64,000 nt of DNA from a phage: sequence record OZ335961.1. One strand, 5' to 3'. Both the position numbers and the translations under genes were made by a program. Under the pieces are notes generated by a model. That model saw nothing but the letters and a program-made list of their open reading frames with translations. It had not been told where the DNA came from and did not search any database. Of the stretch, positions 9,209 to 19,654 are shown piece after piece. How positions within the stretch are numbered: the stretch's first letter is position 1; every line of letters begins with the position of its first letter.

Positions 9209-11386
9209 TTAGGCCGCAAGGGCCTTCATAGTTTTAGCGATTTGGGAAACTTCATCATCACTTAAAGAGTTGCGATAACCGATGAAGTCGGAAACAATAC
9301 GGAATTTCTTGGTAAACTCAGCAACCATTTTATCACTGTTTTTTGAAGCATTATTTGATAATACATCAAAAAGATTAGTTACTGTCCAGATGTCATGACC
9401 GATGGTATCTTTTCCACCATTGAAATATACACCCTGTAATGAACTAACCATATTAGCGAGTCGTGTATATTCTTCAGAAACTTCATCTACACTGAAGTAC
9501 TTCATCATAAAATCTAGTTCAGGATACTTGATAATTTTATCAATATATCGTTTAGCTGAACTTGAATAACCTACATACTTATCATAATCTACATCATCAA
9601 AAGCATCTACATATAAATCACGCAAAGTTTCAAAAATACATTGGCACTGACCAAGTTCTTTTACCTTTTTCTGCAAAAGCGGACGAATAACATAAAATTC
9701 ATTAATGCCAATAAGATTAGCCATACGAATCAAAATATTCGTAGATGGATGACAAAGCGATGTAGTACCATCCATAGAGAAAATATCAGAACGATGCATG
9801 TATGCTACATAACCAGTAATTTCATCTGCTTCTGACGTAAGTGTAAACAATTCCTCTTTTTCCCAGCGCCCGTCTTTAATTTCAAACTTAAATGCAGTGG
9901 CAGCTTTAGGACGAGGAGCTGTACTTTTTACTGCCTTTGGAATATAACTTTTAACTAAAGCTTCAATTTCTGACAAATAATGAATGTTAACTTCATCACT
10001 TTCAAACATTGCCATAATATCAGGGAGTAAATCAATCTGCGATTCTACTTCCGGATTAATAAACAGAAGACGCTCATTGTGATGAATATTCAAAGTGTTA
10101 TTAAATTCGCTATCATCTAATGCACGTGCTAATCCACGGACAATATTAACACGATTTTTAATATTATCAATAACAATATTAATTTTTGTCGTATTAATAC
10201 CAAACAGACGATAACTTGATGCAACGGCTGAAGTTTCATGGCTTTGCTTAATGCGTTTCAGTCGAGGGTCAAGATTTACTTCATACACAACTCCTGCATT
10301 GCATAACTTACTGTCAGGTTCAAACATGCTCTGCATCTTCTTATATGACAGATTTTTAGTCGTAAATTTGACTGAATTACTAATCATATAATCTCGAGCA
10401 GAATATCCCATCTTCATCAATTCACGGTATGTATGACGAGGAGACGTAGATTCTTTAAATCGTTTTACATCTTCATTGAATGCCTTCTCACTAAGCTCTT
10501 TAACACGCTCAATAATATTTTTACGAGTACGATCATCTAGTGAAAGAGCTTCGCGTGATGGAGCAATATCCAGTGAACCCATTGGAAACTTAATGTAATT
10601 CACTTCATTGCGGATGCTTAACCAGTTACGGTCTCTAATAACACCATCGATAGGATAAACAATACCACCATAGATAGCATACAATCCACCACGATCTGGC
10701 CAGTATCTTTCTGGATTTACGCCGTAATAGTCATCAAAATCCGGAAAATAATCAATTTCGCGGTCAAGACCATTAATGATAGCCAAATCTTTGAATGGTC
10801 GCATGATATAAGAAACTTCATAAGCAAAGTTTCTAAAGTCTTTTTCTTCAACTGGAACTACGATTTCAATACCAGTTTTATCATCTGGACCCATTTCTTT
10901 TACAAACGTAGGTTTAATCTGCGGACCGTCACCATCCATGTAAGCTACATAACCACGAATTTCACCTTTATGATATGAAGTAATACTAAACGTATCAGTA
11001 TAACTAAACGGAGATTTAGAACCTAAACCAAATCCACCAATGAAATCGTTAGATTCAGCCTTAGATGAACTGAAGTATGAATTATACAACCCAGGAGAAT
11101 TATCATCACCCTGAATATCAAAATCGCTCATACCTGGACCAAAATCTCGACAAACAAATCGCGGATCTAATCGTCCTGGAACTTGAATGATAAATTTTTC
11201 AGGATTTCCATTGAGAGCATGGGCATCAATCATGTTGGTAATTAATTCACGAACTACTGCGCGAATCTTGTTTGTATACAAATCAGATGACAGAATTTTG
11301 AATACTTTAGGAGATGCTGTGATGCTAAATGCTTTTGATTTAGAACCATTACCAAGAATTGTTTCTTTTTCAGTGGTGATAATCAT
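9209..11386 (-). CDS. rIIA: rIIA protein
   Basis: 725 aa; recognised as T4 rIIA. Confidence 0.92.
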   Translation of the reverse strand: MIITTEKETILGNGSKSKAFSITASPKVFKILSSDLYTNKIRAVVRELITNMIDAHALNGNPEKFIIQVPGRLDPRFVCRDFGPGMSDFDIQGDDNSPGLYNSYFSSSKAESNDFIGGFGLGSKSPFSYTDTFSITSYHKGEIRGYVAYMDGDGPQIKPTFVKEMGPDDKTGIEIVVPVEEKDFRNFAYEVSYIMRPFKDLAIINGLDREIDYFPDFDDYYGVNPERYWPDRGGLYAIYGGIVYPIDGVIRDRNWLSIRNEVNYIKFPMGSLDIAPSREALSLDDRTRKNIIERVKELSEKAFNEDVKRFKESTSPRHTYRELMKMGYSARDYMISNSVKFTTKNLSYKKMQSMFEPDSKLCNAGVVYEVNLDPRLKRIKQSHETSAVASSYRLFGINTTKINIVIDNIKNRVNIVRGLARALDDSEFNNTLNIHHNERLLFINPEVESQIDLLPDIMAMFESDEVNIHYLSEIEALVKSYIPKAVKSTAPRPKAATAFKFEIKDGRWEKEELFTLTSEADEITGYVAYMHRSDIFSMDGTTSLCHPSTNILIRMANLIGINEFYVIRPLLQKKVKELGQCQCIFETLRDLYVDAFDDVDYDKYVGYSSSAKRYIDKIIKYPELDFMMKYFSVDEVSEEYTRLANMVSSLQGVYFNGGKDTIGHDIWTVTNLFDVLSNNASKNSDKMVAEFTKKFRIVSDFIGYRNSLSDDEVSQIAKTMKALAA
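9211..9225 (-). other. intercistronic RNA hairpin
   Basis: aggccgcaagggcct between rIIA and rIIB. Confidence 0.45.
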
Positions 11387-11396
11387 AATTTCCTCA

Positions 11397-11600
11397 TTAA
11401 TTCATATTGCGTTTAATAACTTCAGCAACTTCTAGTAGTTCATCTTTAGTTGCAGTGTCGGATTGAATTTTATCTCTAATATCCTTAAAGCGGTTTTTAA
11501 ACTCTTCGGCTTCTCCCATATCGAAAAAGCGTTGAATGATTCTATATTCTCGATGAACTGCTTTATCAAAAAGTTCTAAATTTACTCTATATGATTTCAT
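11397..11600 (-). CDS. hypothetical protein (67 aa), rIIA.1 position
   Basis: ORF between gene 39 and rIIA. Confidence 0.55.
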   Translation of the reverse strand: MKSYRVNLELFDKAVHREYRIIQRFFDMGEAEEFKNRFKDIRDKIQSDTATKDELLEVAEVIKRNMN

Positions 11601-11625
11601 TTCAATATCCTCATTTGCCCAATTA

Positions 11626-11655
11626 ATTATACCACATCCTTGTGGTAAAGTAAAC
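11626..11655 (-). promoter_or_regulatory. T4-type early promoter
   Basis: TTTACT -17- TGGTATAAT; spacer dyad CCACAAGGATGTGG. Confidence 0.7.
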
Positions 11656-13472
11656 TACTGGCTCATCCATTCTTTACGAAGGTCAGCATTATCCCCCATG
11701 AGCATTTCAAAAAGCTCTTTCCAGTTCTCAGGAAGTTTAACAACATCATATACCGGATTTTGAATCATCTCACGATATTCAGATTTTTCCAAAGAGCCAA
11801 GTCCCTTAATATAACGGATGCTATGTTTAGGTAGAGCATCTTTGGCACTCTCATATTCAGCGACTGTATAAAACCATTCTTGTTTTTTACCGACCTGAGC
11901 GATGATTACAGGAGTTTTGACGAAGCGAATTCTTCCTTGTTCAAACAGTTCTGGCCAATTACTAAAAAATCCGAGCAGAGAAGGATAAATGCTTCCTAGA
12001 CCATCATGGTCAGCATCAGTCATAATAGCAATATTATGATAATTCAAGTTTTCAGCCTTTTCACCAAGAACTAATCCAGTGATTGCGCAAATATCAAACA
12101 GTTCTTTGTTTTTAAGCATATCAGCATATGACATACCCCAACTGTTGAGAACTTTACCACGTAATGGATAACCACCATGAAGTTCTTTATCACGAACATC
12201 AATAAGATATCCGATAGCAGAATCACCCTCAGTCAAGAAAAGAGTAGTGTCAGCGTCTTTACCACAAAGATTCGCTTTAATATGTTTATGAACTTTAGCT
12301 TTAGAAGCCTTTTTAGCTGCTTTAGTTTCTGCTGCTTTTTCTGCTGCCAATTTACGAGCCAAGGCAGCTTCAATAATTGGCATTAAAATTGCTTCATTAT
12401 TTAAAATAGCGCGTGAAATCTTTTTAGCATCAAGCTGAATATGACTACGAATTTCACCAAATGGAGAAGTCAAACGCTCTTTAGTCTGAGAATCAAATCG
12501 CATGTTTTTCATATCACGAACAAACATAACGATAGTCAAACATTCTTTAACACGTGCTTTAGTTACATCAATTTTGAATTTACGTTTGATTTGTGGAATA
12601 AGGTCTTCACAAATATCATCCATAACACAATCAATGTGATGGCCACCATTCTTAGTATGAATGTTATTGACGTATGTTAATTGACGAAAACCATCCGGTG
12701 AACGACCAACCGCAATAGAACAATTTTCTTGTTCTTGAACAATAGCATGCTCATCATATTGGCGTGCATATTTCTTAAAATTACCCTGAACCTTTTTACC
12801 ATTAAAGGTAAATTGAATATCAGGATAAACTACTGCAAGTGTCTGGAGACGATCCAGTGTAATGTCAAGATAAACTTGAGATAGCTCATTAGTTTCAAAT
12901 GACATAAAATCAGGAATGAAAGTAACGCGAGTTCCTTTCCATTTTCCAGGAATATCTTCCCATGATTTATTTTCCATGCCATTTGAACAACGAACTACAA
13001 TATTATTTTGACCGTCGCCAGTTTCACCGACAAACATCACAGAAAAAATGTTAGTTAAACTAGAACCAACACCGTTCATACCGCCAGTGACACGTTCTTT
13101 ATCATCACCGAAATTACCACCTGCTTTTGGAATAGTCCAGGCAGCAACAGGACCAGGAATTTCTTCACCAGTAGGTGTTTTAACCATCGCTTGTGGAATA
13201 CCACGACCGTTATCTTCAACTGTTACTTGATTGTTTTTAATAGTAACATTAATTTTATTTGCGAATTTAAACTTAGTACGAATACCTTCATCTACCGAGT
13301 TATCGATAATTTCATCAATAAGCTTAACAAGACCAGGTACATACTGAACACTTTCCCATTTACCAAACAGAAAGCGCTCATGCATTTCATTAGCGGAAGA
13401 GCCAATGTACATGCCGCTACGCTTTTTGATATGTTCAATATCGCTCAGAATTTTAATTTCATTCTTAATCAT
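11655..13472 (-). CDS. 39: DNA topoisomerase II large subunit (GyrB-like), uninterrupted
   Basis: 605 aa from ATG with GAGGA SD; N-terminus MIKNEIKILSDIEHIKKRSGMYIGS recognised. Confidence 0.9.
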   Translation of the reverse strand: MIKNEIKILSDIEHIKKRSGMYIGSSANEMHERFLFGKWESVQYVPGLVKLIDEIIDNSVDEGIRTKFKFANKINVTIKNNQVTVEDNGRGIPQAMVKTPTGEEIPGPVAAWTIPKAGGNFGDDKERVTGGMNGVGSSLTNIFSVMFVGETGDGQNNIVVRCSNGMENKSWEDIPGKWKGTRVTFIPDFMSFETNELSQVYLDITLDRLQTLAVVYPDIQFTFNGKKVQGNFKKYARQYDEHAIVQEQENCSIAVGRSPDGFRQLTYVNNIHTKNGGHHIDCVMDDICEDLIPQIKRKFKIDVTKARVKECLTIVMFVRDMKNMRFDSQTKERLTSPFGEIRSHIQLDAKKISRAILNNEAILMPIIEAALARKLAAEKAAETKAAKKASKAKVHKHIKANLCGKDADTTLFLTEGDSAIGYLIDVRDKELHGGYPLRGKVLNSWGMSYADMLKNKELFDICAITGLVLGEKAENLNYHNIAIMTDADHDGLGSIYPSLLGFFSNWPELFEQGRIRFVKTPVIIAQVGKKQEWFYTVAEYESAKDALPKHSIRYIKGLGSLEKSEYREMIQNPVYDVVKLPENWKELFEMLMGDNADLRKEWMSQ

Positions 13473-13526
13473 CACTTATCCTCGTTTGGTTTCGGGAATA
13501 TTATACTCCAATAATCATAAAGCTAA

Positions 13527-13540
13527 AGGCCCGAAGGCCT
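13527..13540 (-). other. UUCG-tetraloop RNA hairpin
   Basis: aggcccgaaggcct upstream of gene 39. Confidence 0.5.
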
Positions 13541-13541
13541 T

Positions 13542-13814
13542 TTATTTAAAACGGATAGTTGAATCCTTGAAGAATAGACCAGAACATACGGTTCCTTCTA
13601 CTTTCTGCCCGGTAGGTCCAATAGCGCGAAATCCAGTATGTTGGAAATCATTTTCAGAGCAACCGAACCAGTTATATCCAGTGATTTCAATATTAGTAAA
13701 ACCGCTTGAAGACAAAACTTTGGTTGCATTATCAGCATCAGTGCATCCTGCTAAAGACACTGCTAATACTAATGCCGCGATAGAACGATTAACATATTTC
13801 ATAATTTCACTCAA
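13542..13814 (-). CDS. putative lipoprotein (90 aa)
   Basis: signal peptide with lipobox LAGC. Confidence 0.55.
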   Translation of the reverse strand: MSEIMKYVNRSIAALVLAVSLAGCTDADNATKVLSSSGFTNIEITGYNWFGCSENDFQHTGFRAIGPTGQKVEGTVCSGLFFKDSTIRFK

Positions 13815-14178
13815 ATTTAATGGCTTGAAGGAGACTAATAATTCTCAAGCGACTTCTTTCATCTTTAACTGTAAAAGAAAGAGGGTCACCAGATTTCATA
13901 GTGATAGTACATTCAAAATCAAAATCTTCAGGAACTTCTTCGAAGAAGTCAAATTCTTCATCATAAATTAGAACATTACTCTGAAAACTGTGAAGAATTT
14001 TTCCATCATTTCCAGATGCTGTACTAATCATTGTAACATTATGGCCTTTCATATCTTCAACGATAAATTCACTTGTAGATATTACGACATTAATAGAACC
14101 ATTCCTATAAATAGAAGAAAGTAGATATTTCTTTTCTTCACCTTCGCGAACACGATATTTCTTACCGATTTTAAACAT
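13807..14178 (-). CDS. hypothetical protein (123 aa)
   Basis: ATG MFKIGKK; track start is GTG. Confidence 0.5.
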   Translation of the reverse strand: MFKIGKKYRVREGEEKKYLLSSIYRNGSINVVISTSEFIVEDMKGHNVTMISTASGNDGKILHSFQSNVLIYDEEFDFFEEVPEDFDFECTITMKSGDPLSFTVKDERSRLRIISLLQAIKFE

Positions 14179-14180
14179 AA

Positions 14181-14357
14181 TCACCCTTTAAGTAAGTCGT
14201 AAAAACCACCATTCACATGCTTAGGAGCAGAAGGCCGACGAGTAGACAAACGATGACATTTAGGGCAAACATCATTTTCTCGTTCAGAAATCTTTTTAAT
14301 TTTTTCATATTTATGGCCGCAATCTTCGGATTGGCATTTATAATCATACATTGGCAT
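14181..14357 (-). CDS. FmdB-like zinc-ribbon protein (58 aa)
   Basis: hand-read; MPMYDYKCQSEDCGH...CPKCH, AAGGAA SD. Confidence 0.45.
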   Translation of the reverse strand: MPMYDYKCQSEDCGHKYEKIKKISERENDVCPKCHRLSTRRPSAPKHVNGGFYDLLKG

Positions 14358-14359
14358 AA

Positions 14360-14779
14360 TTATTCCTTAAAGTGAGCTTTCAACATCTGGTACAAGGACC
14401 ATGCCTGTTCATTATTTTCAATAGTAACTTTCATGACAGGAAATGCTGTGAAATCTTCTATTTGTTCTTGCTCTTCCTGCTCTTGCTCTTCAGCTGCCTG
14501 ATATGGATTTTCAACTTCATTAAAGAATTCAGCTTCATTCGATGAAAGCCAAATAAAATCTTCATCCAAAATATCTTTACCAGAAGATAGTACTAAATTT
14601 CCAGCAAATGACATAATTTTAATAGGACGCCCAAGAGCATCCACATCTAAAATTTTAAAAGGATGCATACCTAAACGGCGTGCATAGATTCCGTTATCAG
14701 TATGGTCTTTAATAAAATTTTCTTGAGCTTGTTTATTTTTAAATTGATACCATTTATTAACTTCAAATTTAATAGCCAT
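14360..14779 (-). CDS. hypothetical acidic protein (139 aa)
   Basis: ORF; [10 protein letters not shown] stretch. Confidence 0.5.
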   Translation of the reverse strand: MAIKFEVNKWYQFKNKQAQENFIKDHTDNGIYARRLGMHPFKILDVDALGRPIKIMSFAGNLVLSSGKDILDEDFIWLSSNEAEFFNEVENPYQAAEEQEQEEQEQIEDFTAFPVMKVTIENNEQAWSLYQMLKAHFKE

Positions 14780-14994
14780 TAATAAATTTCCTTCCAGTAA
14801 GTTGTACCGTCTTCAGTGATTTCACGGAATACACCGTAAATTGGTTGTTTATCACCAACCTTTTCATACACATAAACCGAAGTCAAGTGAGTAAACTTAA
14901 CGGTATGTTCCTTTTGAACTACTACCAAATCTGGATCGAATAACACATCTTCAAATTCGTCATTAGTGCAGTTCTGAACAATTTTACGTTTCAT
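14779..14994 (-). CDS. hypothetical protein (71 aa)
   Basis: ORF; size and position like T4 cef but not recognised by sequence. Confidence 0.5.
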   Translation of the reverse strand: MKRKIVQNCTNDEFEDVLFDPDLVVVQKEHTVKFTHLTSVYVYEKVGDKQPIYGVFREITEDGTTYWKEIY

Positions 14995-15093
14995 TACAAT
15001 TTCCTCATTAATTGAACATTGGAGCGATGCGTTTCAGAAGAGTGGCAGCACCTTTGGCAAATTTTCCATTTTATTCTCCAAGTTATTTTCTGT

Positions 15094-15136
15094 ATCAGTA
15101 GTTGATATTGATATAGTACCATAATCAACTACTGAT
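15094..15136. repeat. perfect 13 bp inverted repeat in a degenerate promoter cassette
   Basis: atcagtagttgat ... atcaactactgat flanking 17 bp. Confidence 0.6.
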
Positions 15137-15166
15137 GTATATAGTTTTATGAAAAAATTTTAAACT

Positions 15167-15655
15167 TTATGCATAGAGAGCTTTGCTGTAATGTTTAATC
15201 CAGCTTTCAGGAATGACTTTGTATGTTCCTAAAAATACCACATTATACAGCTTAACACCGTCTTCTACCCACTGATCGGTAATGTATGCGCACATAGCAC
15301 GAGTATAAACAGCCACACCATCATCTTTGATAAATTTAAATTCACAGGGAGCAATGAACTTAATAGCCTGACCGAGTTTCCACTTAAAGTCTACACCTAC
15401 ATGTGACGTATCAATCGTTTCAATTCCTTTAGCAGGAACAGCTTTCAAAAACGCAGACTCAAGAAATTTCGCACGAACATAGCCAAACTGAGGTTTAGAC
15501 TTTCCATCTTTAGGAATGATACGCACTTTTACTTCAGAATCTTCATCTTTAACACCATGTTTAAGCTGAATGCTTACAATTTCAACCAATTTTCCTGCTG
15601 CTTTAGAACGGGATTTATCAGATACACGAGCAATTTCACCAATATTAATAATCAT
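15167..15655 (-). CDS. motB: MotB-like protein
   Basis: 162 aa, position upstream of dexA cluster; symbol by size and position. Confidence 0.5.
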   Translation of the reverse strand: MIINIGEIARVSDKSRSKAAGKLVEIVSIQLKHGVKDEDSEVKVRIIPKDGKSKPQFGYVRAKFLESAFLKAVPAKGIETIDTSHVGVDFKWKLGQAIKFIAPCEFKFIKDDGVAVYTRAMCAYITDQWVEDGVKLYNVVFLGTYKVIPESWIKHYSKALYA

Positions 15656-15699
15656 AGTTATCTCTCACTTGTTAAAAAGATTTTATACTCCACGGGACC

Positions 15700-15729
15700 A
15701 TTATACTCTGGTCCCAAGAGTTTGTAAAC
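15700..15729 (-). promoter_or_regulatory. T4-type early promoter with stem-loop
   Basis: TTTACA -17- TATAAT; dyad GGGACCA/TGGTCCC encloses -10. Confidence 0.7.
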
Positions 15730-15731
15730 TA

Positions 15732-16274
15732 TTAATTCAAAATAGCTACCACTGCACTACGAGGTACTACGCTAAAATCACCTGCATGAACAACGTTCAG
15801 AAGTTCAACGCCATCTTCAATCCACTGGTCTGTTACCCAACCGCAGACCGAAATAAATGGGGTCTTAATAGCTACAGCACGAGTTAGAAGGTCAGTAGGA
15901 TCGCATTCTTGGAAGAGGATAAGCTCTGCTTCAAAGACTATAGTTTTAATTACTTCATCATTATCTAAGCGTTGTGCTCGAATCACGTAAGCTTTATTCT
16001 TATCATGCCAATTACTTTTTGAAAAACTTTTAACCACAAACTCACCTTCACCAAAAACACTAGTCAATGCTTTATAACCCAAACTTAATTCAGTAGTTTT
16101 AATTTCAGTTTCAACCAGTTTGTAGGTTTTGCCAATTTCGATGGTCCGAGCAGTCATAAAGGTTTCCTTAATTTCTAATGGTTTAACAAGAGTGCCGTAC
16201 ATGCTTGCTATATCCATATCAAATATTTTATCTATAGGATTTGGGGTGTATTCAGGATTATAATTAAATTTCAT
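15732..16274 (-). CDS. hypothetical protein (180 aa) sharing C-terminal domain with MotB-like protein
   Basis: shared motif TDQW(V/I)EDGV.L.NVV. Confidence 0.55.
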   Translation of the reverse strand: MKFNYNPEYTPNPIDKIFDMDIASMYGTLVKPLEIKETFMTARTIEIGKTYKLVETEIKTTELSLGYKALTSVFGEGEFVVKSFSKSNWHDKNKAYVIRAQRLDNDEVIKTIVFEAELILFQECDPTDLLTRAVAIKTPFISVCGWVTDQWIEDGVELLNVVHAGDFSVVPRSAVVAILN

Positions 16275-16276
16275 AA

Positions 16277-16777
16277 TTATCTCATTTCAATAAAATCTAT
16301 AAGTTCAGCATGGGATTTACGGAACATTACTTGATGCCCGCCAATGATAACTTGGTCATCTGGCACTTCGTATACAGCAAGATAAAATCCTTTAGAAGAT
16401 AATTCTTCACGCTCTTCTCGTGTGAACCATCTCATCATATCATATTCGCTAGCGAAAGCAAAATGATAAAGAGCTATAAACCATCCTGGAATATGATATT
16501 CTACTCCAACATAATCTTTCTTGAACTTAGTATTAATTACTATATTAGCGTTTTTAACTAATAGTTTATCTTCATGTGGTACAGGAATTCTTTTATTATC
16601 ATCGCTATGATGCATAAAATTAGGTCTACTATAACCTACACGTAATAGCCACTCTTCGCTCCATGAATCTATTATACTCCTGTACGGCGTTATTTGAACA
16701 CAAAGATTTCGACGTATTGTTATAGCATCTTCATAATCAAGAATACTAAACGATGATTCAACACGATAAATTTTCAT
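16277..16777 (-). CDS. hypothetical protein (166 aa)
   Basis: ATG MKIYRV after GAGGAT; track extension overlaps promoter. Confidence 0.5.
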   Translation of the reverse strand: MKIYRVESSFSILDYEDAITIRRNLCVQITPYRSIIDSWSEEWLLRVGYSRPNFMHHSDDNKRIPVPHEDKLLVKNANIVINTKFKKDYVGVEYHIPGWFIALYHFAFASEYDMMRWFTREEREELSSKGFYLAVYEVPDDQVIIGGHQVMFRKSHAELIDFIEMR

Positions 16778-16804
16778 TTTATTATCCTCAGTAGCTATGG
16801 TGTT

Positions 16805-16834
16805 ATAATACCACAACTAACCGAGGAAGTAAAC
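16805..16834 (-). promoter_or_regulatory. T4-type early promoter
   Basis: TTTACT -17- TGGTATTAT. Confidence 0.65.
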
Positions 16835-16840
16835 AACTTT

Positions 16841-17524
16841 TTATCGTTTTGTTTGAAGAGACAGAGGATCGCACTCTTCCTCTGACGGAGCATCTTCAAG
16901 ACCCATAGCATATCGCAAAGCATACTTCATCATCAGGATGTCTTTTGCACAGTCATGAATAGAATCATGTGCAACGAATCCATCTAAAGTTCCCTTTGGA
17001 AGAGGACACGTGGTCATATCACGAACAAGCAGAAGTGCTTCAATTCTGGTACGAATATCACGCTGATTCCAGAATTTACATGGTTCTAACTTAAATGTGT
17101 CAAGTTCATTCTCGGAAACGCCGTTAAGACGTTGAATATCGCGAATGAGATCGACTAAAATTGGAAAATCAAACGACATTCCACGGCACCAGCCTTGAGA
17201 TTTCCAAGGATCGATATTATGCGCATTGATGTAATCATTAAATTTTGCAATACCATCGATAGTGCTTACATCTTCATCTGATGGCGCAATATTTTTTCGA
17301 GCTTCAGGAGATTGATTTTTCCACCATTCGATAGTGCTTTTAGTAAAAAGACGTTGTCCTTTTTGGCTTTTTAAATCAAATTTGATTTTAATGCCACGCG
17401 AAACTAATTCATCAAATGTTTCAACTACTTCTGGATTAGGGTCAAAGGCAATAACAGCCAAATCAATAACAGCTGCCTTTTCACCGCTTCCCATTGTTTC
17501 AAAATCTATAATAAAATCAAACAT
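16841..17524 (-). CDS. dexA: exonuclease A (DEDD family)
   Basis: 227 aa; recognised. Confidence 0.85.
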   Translation of the reverse strand: MFDFIIDFETMGSGEKAAVIDLAVIAFDPNPEVVETFDELVSRGIKIKFDLKSQKGQRLFTKSTIEWWKNQSPEARKNIAPSDEDVSTIDGIAKFNDYINAHNIDPWKSQGWCRGMSFDFPILVDLIRDIQRLNGVSENELDTFKLEPCKFWNQRDIRTRIEALLLVRDMTTCPLPKGTLDGFVAHDSIHDCAKDILMMKYALRYAMGLEDAPSEEECDPLSLQTKR

Positions 17525-17799
17525 TAAATTTTCCTCGCTAAATCGCGAATTTGACCTACAGTATAATCTTGGATATAAACTTTATTAATGGGCTCATCAA
17601 TAAATTTTGCCATAGATTCAATATCTTTTTGTATCTCTTCAAGACTGTATACTATCTTTAAAGCTTTTTCGCGAATAGTAACATTATCAGGTCCTGAATT
17701 TTCTTGAATGACAGCTTTAACGTTTGTCATAAGAGATTTAAACTGATGCAAACTTAATTCAATCATTAATAACCGCCTTATAAAGATGGCTAATTTCAC
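17524..17799 (-). CDS. hypothetical protein (91 aa)
   Basis: ORF. Confidence 0.5.
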   Translation of the reverse strand: MKLAIFIRRLLMIELSLHQFKSLMTNVKAVIQENSGPDNVTIREKALKIVYSLEEIQKDIESMAKFIDEPINKVYIQDYTVGQIRDLARKI

Positions 17800-18004
17800 C
17801 TAAAACATAATCACTGATTGTAACAGTTTTCACTTCACCGCAAAAGAATTCTAATGCAATCAAATCTCGTTCAATTTCTTCCAATTGAAGCATTAACTTG
17901 CCTGATTCAATTTTCACATTTTTGCGATTTTTACTATAAGCTATTTCATAAATTTCGCTCACTTTATCTTGAAGCAGATAAAACTGGTCTTTAGTTATTT
18001 CCAC
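17759..18004 (-). CDS. hypothetical protein (81 aa)
   Basis: ORF. Confidence 0.45.
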   Translation of the reverse strand: MEITKDQFYLLQDKVSEIYEIAYSKNRKNVKIESGKLMLQLEEIERDLIALEFFCGEVKTVTISDYVLGEISHLYKAVIND

Positions 18005-18025
18005 GAATAGCTTCCTCGAATTTAA

Positions 18026-19345
18026 TCATACGTAAAACACATCATAACGACCACGAGTGACACCAACATAAAGAAGCTGCTGAGCTAGTTCAGCGTCTGC
18101 GTAATGAATACAAGGTGTATAGATGAAAGCACGGTCTACAGACATACCCTGAGCTTTATGGAATGTTGATGCAGGAAGTGCTTTCACTTTACTAAACTGT
18201 GATTTAGCATCCCAAAAATCACTCCACGGAGCTTTTCCACCTTTATTCCAATTTTTATAAGTTTCTGCCGTTTTACCTAAAAATAGGTTAAATTTATACA
18301 GCTCTTCATCAGATGAAATTATTTTAATCTTTTCACGATAATATTCATCATCGCCGTAAGTTTCTACTGTTAAATCCCAATGACGAATTAGATATTCTCC
18401 AGAAACACCACGAGCTTTAACAAATGTTGATGTATACTCTGCTTCTATAATACGAACTAATTGCCCGTTATTAAAAATAATTTCTGACACAGGCTTTCCA
18501 TCAATTTTATATGTTTTAATTAATGGTTCCTGCATTACAATAATTTCACCAACGATAAAATCTTTATCAGTTTCAAAAATCTTTTTGCGAATAATGCTAT
18601 TTAACTTGTCGACAGATTTATTCGTAAATGCCATTACGCGATTTTCAAACAAATCATCTAGTGATTTTACGATTGAAAAATAATTTACCATAAAATCGCG
18701 TAAAGCGGTATCACCAGTAAATCCACGTACTCCATGCCCGTCAACAACTTTATCATAAATCCACTTACCATTACGAACATCAGTAGCTACATCAATAATA
18801 GGAGCATTACTGCGTTTAACTTCAGTGAGTTCACACTGATAAAAATCTTTGTGCGTAAAGAATGGACTGATATAAGCAGTGTTTTCTCCTGGGTCAACGG
18901 GTCTAATTTGCTTATTATCGCCTATTCCAATTATAGTACACCATGGCGGGATAGTTGAAAGCAGAATTTTAAATAGCTTTCTATCATACATTGACACTTC
19001 GTCGCAGATTAATACTCTACATTTAGCTAAATCCGGCACTTCTTTTTGTTCAAAAAGAACGTTTTCTTCATATGTTACTGGGTTAATTTTGAGAATACTG
19101 TGAATAGTACTCGCTTCTTTCCCTGACAGTTTTGAAAGAATCTTTTTAGCTGCATGAGTAGGAGCTGCTAAAATAATGCCAGTTTCGCCCGTAGATATTA
19201 AGGCTTCAATGATGAACTTAGTAAGAGTAGTCTTACCAGTACCAGCAGGTCCATTAATAGTTACATGATGTTTCTTTTCTTTAATAGCCCTCATAACGAT
19301 GTTAAAGGCATTTTTCTGACCTTCGGTCAAATCATCAAATGTCAT
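18026..19345 (-). CDS. dda: Dda DNA helicase (SF1)
   Basis: 439 aa, Walker A GPAGTGKT; recognised. Confidence 0.92.
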   Translation of the reverse strand: MTFDDLTEGQKNAFNIVMRAIKEKKHHVTINGPAGTGKTTLTKFIIEALISTGETGIILAAPTHAAKKILSKLSGKEASTIHSILKINPVTYEENVLFEQKEVPDLAKCRVLICDEVSMYDRKLFKILLSTIPPWCTIIGIGDNKQIRPVDPGENTAYISPFFTHKDFYQCELTEVKRSNAPIIDVATDVRNGKWIYDKVVDGHGVRGFTGDTALRDFMVNYFSIVKSLDDLFENRVMAFTNKSVDKLNSIIRKKIFETDKDFIVGEIIVMQEPLIKTYKIDGKPVSEIIFNNGQLVRIIEAEYTSTFVKARGVSGEYLIRHWDLTVETYGDDEYYREKIKIISSDEELYKFNLFLGKTAETYKNWNKGGKAPWSDFWDAKSQFSKVKALPASTFHKAQGMSVDRAFIYTPCIHYADAELAQQLLYVGVTRGRYDVFYV

Positions 19346-19653
19346 CGTAAATTCCCTGCAATTGGTATACTAACAATACGCCCAGTATCTAAAATTCGCC
19401 GATATAATCTTTGTGTGTCTACATCAGGCTTAACATGTTTAACTTCTATTTTATTAAACCAAAACTTACGTGGAGTCTCGACTAATCTCGGAATTCCCAT
19501 ACCTAAAGCTAGTCGATACTGATCTTTAAGAGTTGTAAATACTTTATCAGCAATCTCCCTTTCAAAAAATACAGCAGGACGATGTTCATCAAGCGGAACA
19601 GGCACTGCAAATCCATCTTTATCTCTATACACTATCGCATATACATAAAACAT
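19342..19653 (-). CDS. hypothetical protein (103 aa)
   Basis: ORF. Confidence 0.5.
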   Translation of the reverse strand: MFYVYAIVYRDKDGFAVPVPLDEHRPAVFFEREIADKVFTTLKDQYRLALGMGIPRLVETPRKFWFNKIEVKHVKPDVDTQRLYRRILDTGRIVSIPIAGNLR

Positions 19654-19654
19654 A

